Assembly (NCBI GenBank): GCA_964342815.1
Contig: CAYFHS010000037.1
Location: 1-43,910 of the forward strand
Reading direction: 5' to 3'
Source of the DNA: an uncultured archaeon
GTDB taxonomy: Archaea; Thermoplasmatota; Penumbrarchaeia; JASLWR01
DNA: 43,910 bases
In this document: positions 38,120 to 43,910 of the stretch, in pieces
Layout: every line of letters starts with the position of its first letter
Position numbering within the stretch: the first letter of the stretch is position 1
Notes under the pieces: model-generated
What the model saw: only the letters and a program-made list of their open reading frames with translations
The model's database searches: none
Told to the model about the DNA's origin: nothing
Made by a program: the position numbers and the translations under genes

Positions 38120-40191
38120 TCCGATCCCTCCTTTTTACCGAGGAAAGCGTTAAGGGGAACCTCCTGGGTGAAAGGACGTTCTACGTGGTCCGTCACTTCC
38201 TGAAGATCGATCTTTTCTTTACTGAAAACCTGTTTCAGAATCGGTATGCAGGTCTTTCCACCACATGGGCCCATACCCACCCTCAGATATGCCTTCAGAT
38301 CGTTGATGTCTCTTACTCCTTCTTGAATCAACCTTCTTATCTCGCCCCTGCCAACTCTTTCGCACCTGCATATCACATCGTCGTCGCCACTGCTGATCAA
38401 TTTCCCGACGTTCCGATTCCCATCCACCTGTTTTATGATCCTTATCCCAGCAATTTTTTCCGCGTCTTCCATTGGGGCCTCGAGAGCCACCAGTCTGCGC
38501 CGTTGCTGCCATTCTGCCTGCTTGATGGCAATTACTCTTGCTGAACCTACTATCTCACCCTTATGCCCCGAGGTGATCACCTCCATTCCTTGTAATATGA
38601 TTCCGTCTGGCATTTCCCAGGGAATTATTACCAAAGCGTATTCGCCGGTATTATCGTAAGTTCTATCCACCAGCGTTATGGCGAGTCCGGGACAGATGGA
38701 CACGCACTTTGCACATCCCAGGCATTTATCTTGGAATTTTGGCAGTTCGATTATTTCTCCTGATCCTATGGACATACTGCCCAAAGGACAAACCTCTGTG
38801 CAGGGATTGCACGGTATCTCCTGATAACACCTTATGACCGGGTGAACCTTTCTTTCATTTTTTACCGGACCTGCCGCGTGCACCTCTCCCGGTTTGTCCC
38901 TGAGAACACCAAGAATTTTATCCCATTCGCTTGGAACAAATACGTTCATTCCCATTTCTTTTAGTATTCTCCTGCCCGTGATCCTACCGCTGAACATTGC
39001 TGCTGATGCTTCCGCAATTATCTCGGCATCCCCTGCATTATAGATCTTCAAACCGCACTCTTCCGCTTTTTTTGCAAGCTCGTCAACAGGTGAAAGTCCT
39101 ACTGCCACTAGGAGCGTGTCAATCTTAAACTCCATTTCAGTGCCGGAAATTGGTTGAAAGCGATTATCAATCTCGGAGATTACGATACTCTCAACGCGTT
39201 CGGAACCCCTGGCTTCGAGTACGGTATGGGAAGTGAATATTTTTACCCCCAACCTTAGAAGCTTATCGAGATGAACCTTGTACCCACCGCAAAACGGAAG
39301 AGCTTCGGCGATACCCTTGACCTCTATACCTGCCTGCAGAGCCTGGTAAGCGGCGATTAAACCAACATTACCGCCGCCGATGATGAATATGCTTTCCGAA
39401 GTCTTTACGAGGTCCCGGTTAACTAGCGTTTGGAAAGCCCCGGCTCCATATATCCCAGGTAGGTCGCACCCATGGAATACCAGCATTTTTTCCCTAGCGC
39501 CGGTGGCGATAACGATTCTTTCTGGTCGAACTATTCTGTACTTACCCTCCCTTACTACGCCCACTGTCCTATCGGAGAAAACTCCCACCACGGGAGAGTC
39601 CGGCCAGATCCGAACAGAGGGGAATTTATCAACCTCATCCGATAAAATTTCCCCAATATCCATTCCCCTGGTCCCTGCGAAACAATCTCTTATGGAACCG
39701 AAAAAATTGTGGGTCTGGAGGAAGAGTTTTCCGCCCAATTTATTTTTATCATCAGCGATTAAGGTGGAGACACCCATGCTGCCAAGTTCTCGAGCGGCAG
39801 AAAGCCCAGCTGGACCACCACCAATGATCAAAACCTCAACAGCCTCTATTTCGATCTCTTTCATTCCGGTCAGTTCATCATCCTCCGGAAGCTCGGGCAA
39901 ACCATCTAGAGATTGGATATTCATTCCCTCGGACAACGGTGTGATGCATGCTTTATTCGGAACTCCATCGACGAGCAACAGGCATTGACCGCACTGACCG
40001 TTGGCGCAAAATATACCCTGCGGCCACCCATCGAAATGATGCCTACCGAAGACCTGTATATCGTTGGCGAATAACGCAGAAGAGATCATTTCATTTTTGA
40101 AGGCAGTCAATTTCTTTCCATCAAAGGTAAAACTGATATTCTCCCTATCAGATATATCGAGGATTGGGTGTTCCTCGAGACGTTTGCTCAT
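38116..40191 (-). CDS. Multidomain FAD/NAD oxidoreductase: [2Fe-2S], FAD/NAD, 2x[4Fe-4S], BFD-like [2Fe-2S] (alpha-type subunit)
   Basis: CANGQCGQC; IIGGGPAG; IIGGGNVG; CNPCTEVCP and CLGCAKCVSICP; CRCE...GPCGGKTC. Confidence 0.88.
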   Translation of the reverse strand: MSKRLEEHPILDISDRENISFTFDGKKLTAFKNEMISSALFANDIQVFGRHHFDGWPQGIFCANGQCGQCLLLVDGVPNKACITPLSEGMNIQSLDGLPELPEDDELTGMKEIEIEAVEVLIIGGGPAGLSAARELGSMGVSTLIADDKNKLGGKLFLQTHNFFGSIRDCFAGTRGMDIGEILSDEVDKFPSVRIWPDSPVVGVFSDRTVGVVREGKYRIVRPERIVIATGAREKMLVFHGCDLPGIYGAGAFQTLVNRDLVKTSESIFIIGGGNVGLIAAYQALQAGIEVKGIAEALPFCGGYKVHLDKLLRLGVKIFTSHTVLEARGSERVESIVISEIDNRFQPISGTEMEFKIDTLLVAVGLSPVDELAKKAEECGLKIYNAGDAEIIAEASAAMFSGRITGRRILKEMGMNVFVPSEWDKILGVLRDKPGEVHAAGPVKNERKVHPVIRCYQEIPCNPCTEVCPLGSMSIGSGEIIELPKFQDKCLGCAKCVSICPGLAITLVDRTYDNTGEYALVIIPWEMPDGIILQGMEVITSGHKGEIVGSARVIAIKQAEWQQRRRLVALEAPMEDAEKIAGIRIIKQVDGNRNVGKLISSGDDDVICRCERVGRGEIRRLIQEGVRDINDLKAYLRVGMGPCGGKTCIPILKQVFSKEKIDLQEVTDHVERPFTQEVPLNAFLGKKEGSE

Positions 40192-43091
40192 TTGCCCCCA
40201 CCTGCCCTTTTGTCTTTAATTTCCAAAAGAAAAGAAAAAACGTCCTTAACCTCAACAGGGTACCGCCGCCAGCAACCACCCCGGATCAATAATCTCAATG
40301 CGGCAGTGGATAATGGAGTTACGGTGATTAACGTACCAATACCTTGTTTTTCGCACTCTTTAAATATTTCATCCCCGTGGCCTGGATAATCGTCTTGAAA
40401 ATTTAACCAATCCGGTCCGTAACATTCGGCTGGAATCTCTGTAACAGAAAGACCTGGCAGCCGAAATAATATGTTTTTCAGAATATCGGCTCCGTACTTT
40501 TCATCGCTCTTGCATCTCAGAAATGCGAATCGCTTCGAGCCTCCAAAACTTTGGGGAACATTTGTAAAGGAAAGCGATAAATGATTTACCAAATCGATAA
40601 AGGTTGATCTTTCCGGTTCTTTTTCGAATTTCATCAAATTACGTTCTATTGAGGATACCATGTCACGAAGCACGAAATATCCTTTTGCCATGAAGAGATT
40701 ATCCAAGCATTGTAAATATGAAATTGTAGTATTATTTGTAATAAATAAATTCCTTCCGACACCGTCAGGTTGAGCGCTAAGCCATTCCATTTGGGCCAAG
40801 GTGTGCATTATCGGGGAATCTCTATCCGGAACCGGAAAAGGGCATTTTTTTATTGGGCCTAGACAATAATTGTCCAATTCTGCATTAAAATCATCAAGAA
40901 ATTCAATCTGTTTTCTCCATGGCCCTCTTTCGAGCTTAATCCTCCGATGATCCATCCCTATAGACGACAGCAACTTTTTAGCTAGCTGCACATTTTCATC
41001 TATGTTTCTTTCGGATTCGAGATAATGACCTCTTTCATATTCCGGAGGTGCAATTATCAATATACCAGATGCTCCCGCTGCCAATCCATCGATCATCAGA
41101 GCGGGAGTGATTGCATTTATATTCATCATCTGAAGCATTTTCCGATCTAAGATTTCCCCTTTCACAGACCAGGGAGATGTGAATATCATTGGTTCGGTTT
41201 TTCCCTTAGATACCGAATTTATTTTGTAAAAAAAAGATTTTGTCGACAGAGGTTTCTGGTCAAGAGCATCTGAGATGCATGAAGTGACACATATCCCGCA
41301 GGTTCGGCATACGTTGGGGTCCACAACTGCTACCGGGTACTCTTTCTTAACCAGACGTACTTGGACCGCACTGTACGGACAGACTTCCTCACATCTTCCA
41401 CAGGCAATACATTTTTCCTCATCAACACTGGGTACCAAGGATTCGAGTGTGAGCGGGAAACGACCTTCTGAAGTTTCAATCTTCCAATCCTCTTCACCTA
41501 CGATGACCTTGTCCCGGAGTACGGATGGAGCTTTTAGGAGAAATGCATGCTCGCCAACTCTTGCGAATAATTGTCCATGATCACATGAACTCAGACAGAT
41601 TGAACACTCGTAACATGATCCACAGCTCCGGCATCTCTGAGCTTGCTGTATCGAATCAAGTTCTCCGAATCCCCGAACTACTTCAGTAAAATTTTCATTT
41701 CCTTGATTCAGCGGGACACAATTAACTGAAATACATTTCCCCTTTACACCTTCTTCGCTGAGGACCGTTGCCATTTCTGGTAGCTTATCTTCTACGATCG
41801 TACTCCCCCGAAATGACCCGTGAATAATATCGGCTATTCGATGTCCCAGTCCAACAACATCGATAACTGTCGACGGACCGGTGACCACATCTCCTGTAGC
41901 AAAAACATTATCTTTTGTAGTTCTTCCGAACTTATCGACCTTGACTGAACCCCATTTCGTCAATGTCAATCCTTCCGTGATATTCTTCACATCTGGAGCG
42001 TAGCCTACTGCCGGTATTACCCAATCCGCTGGAATAGTGAATTCGCTGTCTTTCATTGGTAAGAAGTTTCTCCTGCCGCTGCTGTCATTTTCACCAAGTT
42101 TGGTTTTCTGGAATTTTATTTCTTTAACATGGTTTTTGCCGATTATCTCCTTAGGTAATGTCAGAGTGATTATTTCCACACCTTCCTCCTTTGCCTGCTC
42201 TATCTCTTCTATATTGGCAGGCATCTCGTTTTCAGTTCTCCGGTATGCCAAGGTCACCTTATCGGCTCCGATTCGTATTGCGGTTCTTGCAGCATCGAAA
42301 GCCGAACTGCCTCCTCCGATAACCACCACATTGCCATTCAGTTTAACTTGATCATCTGAATTGATCTCCCTGAGGAATGGTAAACATTCCAATACTCCTG
42401 GCAGATCGCTCCCCGGGACATTCAATCTCCTGTCCTTTTGTGCTCCTACCGCGAGAATCACAGCTGAATATCCGGATTCAAACAGTGAATCGAGATTCTC
42501 TATCTCAAAGGAAGTTACAATATTGACTCCCGTTCTCCTTATATGTTCTATTTCAAAATTCACGATTTCCCCCGGCAGTCTGTACCTGGGTATACACTGG
42601 ACCAGCATCCCTCCAGGATCAACACCTTTTTCGAAAACTGTTATTTCATAACCATATTTCAAAAGATCAACTGCAGTTGTCAAACCTGCGGGACCCGCCC
42701 CCACTACAGCAATCCTTTCGGGGTATCTTATAGGATTTCTCTTAATGGAAATTTCCCTCCGGGAAAGTTCGTAATCAGCGGCATAGCGCTTTAATTCTTT
42801 TATAGGGATCGGCCCAGGATCCATACCTGGGGAACACGCCTCTTCACATGGATGTGTACATATCCGACCACATATTCCCGGAAATGGATTTTTTTCAAGA
42901 ATCAGGTGGAGGGCTTCCTCGTATCTTTTCTCCGCGATTAGCTTGATGTAGCTCTTCACGTTCACCCCTGCAGGACAAGCTTGGCTGCAATTGGCTTGGG
43001 AAGAAATCTCAATTATATAAACCTGTTCTTTTCTAAAAATGCTAGCCTTCCTACCAAATAGAGCACGTTCCAGTTCACTCTTTGAAAAAAT
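40188..43091 (-). CDS. GltD/SudA/DsrL-type NAD(P)H flavoprotein fused to a ferredoxin and degenerate MvhD-like and CCG-like domains
   Basis: CSQACPAGVNV, CGRICTHPCEEAC, VVGAGPAG, VIGGGSSAFD, RCRSCGSCYECSIC, CIACGRCEEVCP, CRTCGICVTSC. The frame is open to ATT 43091, which follows AGGAGG; the first canonical start (GTG 42965) lies after the first Cys motif. Confidence 0.85.
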   Translation of the reverse strand: MFSKSELERALFGRKASIFRKEQVYIIEISSQANCSQACPAGVNVKSYIKLIAEKRYEEALHLILEKNPFPGICGRICTHPCEEACSPGMDPGPIPIKELKRYAADYELSRREISIKRNPIRYPERIAVVGAGPAGLTTAVDLLKYGYEITVFEKGVDPGGMLVQCIPRYRLPGEIVNFEIEHIRRTGVNIVTSFEIENLDSLFESGYSAVILAVGAQKDRRLNVPGSDLPGVLECLPFLREINSDDQVKLNGNVVVIGGGSSAFDAARTAIRIGADKVTLAYRRTENEMPANIEEIEQAKEEGVEIITLTLPKEIIGKNHVKEIKFQKTKLGENDSSGRRNFLPMKDSEFTIPADWVIPAVGYAPDVKNITEGLTLTKWGSVKVDKFGRTTKDNVFATGDVVTGPSTVIDVVGLGHRIADIIHGSFRGSTIVEDKLPEMATVLSEEGVKGKCISVNCVPLNQGNENFTEVVRGFGELDSIQQAQRCRSCGSCYECSICLSSCDHGQLFARVGEHAFLLKAPSVLRDKVIVGEEDWKIETSEGRFPLTLESLVPSVDEEKCIACGRCEEVCPYSAVQVRLVKKEYPVAVVDPNVCRTCGICVTSCISDALDQKPLSTKSFFYKINSVSKGKTEPMIFTSPWSVKGEILDRKMLQMMNINAITPALMIDGLAAGASGILIIAPPEYERGHYLESERNIDENVQLAKKLLSSIGMDHRRIKLERGPWRKQIEFLDDFNAELDNYCLGPIKKCPFPVPDRDSPIMHTLAQMEWLSAQPDGVGRNLFITNNTTISYLQCLDNLFMAKGYFVLRDMVSSIERNLMKFEKEPERSTFIDLVNHLSLSFTNVPQSFGGSKRFAFLRCKSDEKYGADILKNILFRLPGLSVTEIPAECYGPDWLNFQDDYPGHGDEIFKECEKQGIGTLITVTPLSTAALRLLIRGGCWRRYPVEVKDVFSFLLEIKDKRAGGGK

Positions 43092-43165
43092 TCTCTCGCC
43101 TCCTATCGTTATCGGAGTTCAAACAATTGAGCTAGATCGAATCTTAACAAGCGAATCGTATGATA

Positions 43166-43175
43166 CTTTATAAAG
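43166..43175. promoter_or_regulatory. Palindromic TATA-like box CTTTATAAAG upstream of the oxidoreductase operon
   Basis: About 75 nt upstream of the proposed ATT start, in an AT-rich intergenic region. Confidence 0.45.
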
Positions 43176-43392
43176 AATTGGGGATAGTTTATTTCATTAT
43201 AGATATTAATTCTCTCCTTAAAAAAAAAAGGAGAAATAAGAATACCATTTATACCCAATAATTAAGTAGATTTGTGTTGATACTGCAGCAGCGGAAGGGC
43301 TGAGACGGACGTGATTCAAGTAGTAGTATTGACACGGTTGAATGAAGAAAACGATATCCGGTTAGACGGTAGCCGATATGACGAATTGCTGC

Positions 43393-43581
43393 ATGAAGAT
43401 AACATTTGTACAGGGAGAAATAATATACACGGATGAGAACGCTGATCTGTGTGTTATGTATAAATCGAAAGGAGGCCGTTTCTCTTTCGAAGAAATAGAT
43501 AAAGCAATTGATACCGCAATTGATAGAGGAAGAGAGATAAGGGAATTTTGTTTCTGCTTGAGAAAACCTTTGCATTCGTAG
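43393..43581 (+). CDS. Small hypothetical protein (62 aa)
   Basis: MKITFVQGEIIYTDENADLCVMYK...CFCLRKPLHS has protein-like composition; no recognisable family or clear SD. Confidence 0.3.
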   Translation: MKITFVQGEIIYTDENADLCVMYKSKGGRFSFEEIDKAIDTAIDRGREIREFCFCLRKPLHS

Positions 43582-43860
43582 TCGCAGTGGACGGCAATTC
43601 CGGAGTATTTCACCATCAAAACATACTTTTTGTTTTAATAGATAATAATGTAATACATAACTATATAAAAGCATAATTGGTTAATAAATGGCTAAATTTA
43701 GGACGCATTAATCCCTGGGAGAGGAGAAAACGCAGAGAATGTTCAGAGTATTATGATGAAAGGAACTCCGTATATCGGTTTGAACATAAGAGTTTGTTCG
43801 TTTTATATTAAGTAATTCTCATGTAGGATATCAAATAAAAGTTTGCAAAGGTGTATTGTT

Positions 43861-43910
43861 ATGCAATGGATTATGAAAACAACGATCGTATTGATACTAA
43901 TAGCTCTTGG
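43861..43910 (+). CDS. 5' end of a probable secreted/membrane protein, truncated by the window
   Basis: AGGTG upstream; MQWIMKTTIVLILIALG resembles a signal peptide. Confidence 0.5.
   Translation, partial: MQWIMKTTIVLILIAL

Noticed and set aside
43755-43790. ATGATGA C-box-like motif near the window end
   Set aside because: No properly spaced CTGA D box or terminal stem.

Overview
Archaeal chromosomal window, most consistent with an uncultured Thermoplasmatota lineage (inferred from TBP, pelota, PriL, archaeal DtdA, SepF, a DUF835 domain and a soluble Lon-like ATPase). It mixes housekeeping genes (tbp, HemK2-type methyltransferase, pelota, dph6, priL, dtdA, sepF) with four very large single-pass surface proteins (secreted WD40 propeller, two tandem cadherin-like/PKD paralogs, a Gly-rich/FN3-like protein). 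It also holds an interrupted dCache-HAMP-PAS-PAS-DUF835 sensor, an AT-richer accessory stretch (about 33.3-36.9 kb) and a three-gene flavin/Fe-S oxidoreductase operon (proline/sarcosine dehydrogenase type). I found no tRNA, rRNA, CRISPR array, transposase or integrase. Top leads: (1) a 0.6-kb non-coding, hairpin-dense region between tbp and the methyltransferase, built from a duplicated two-hairpin unit, one copy carrying a 68-nt structured insert (candidate novel structured RNA); (2) a class I glutamine amidotransferase translationally coupled to diphthine-ammonia ligase; (3) a HutI-NUDIX fusion; (4) an oxidoreductase with Cys-stripped MvhD-like and CCG-like domains and an apparent ATT start; (5) a protease-less Lon-like ATPase with a Zn ribbon where LonB has its membrane anchor. 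All family assignments come from motif recognition by eye; no database search was run.
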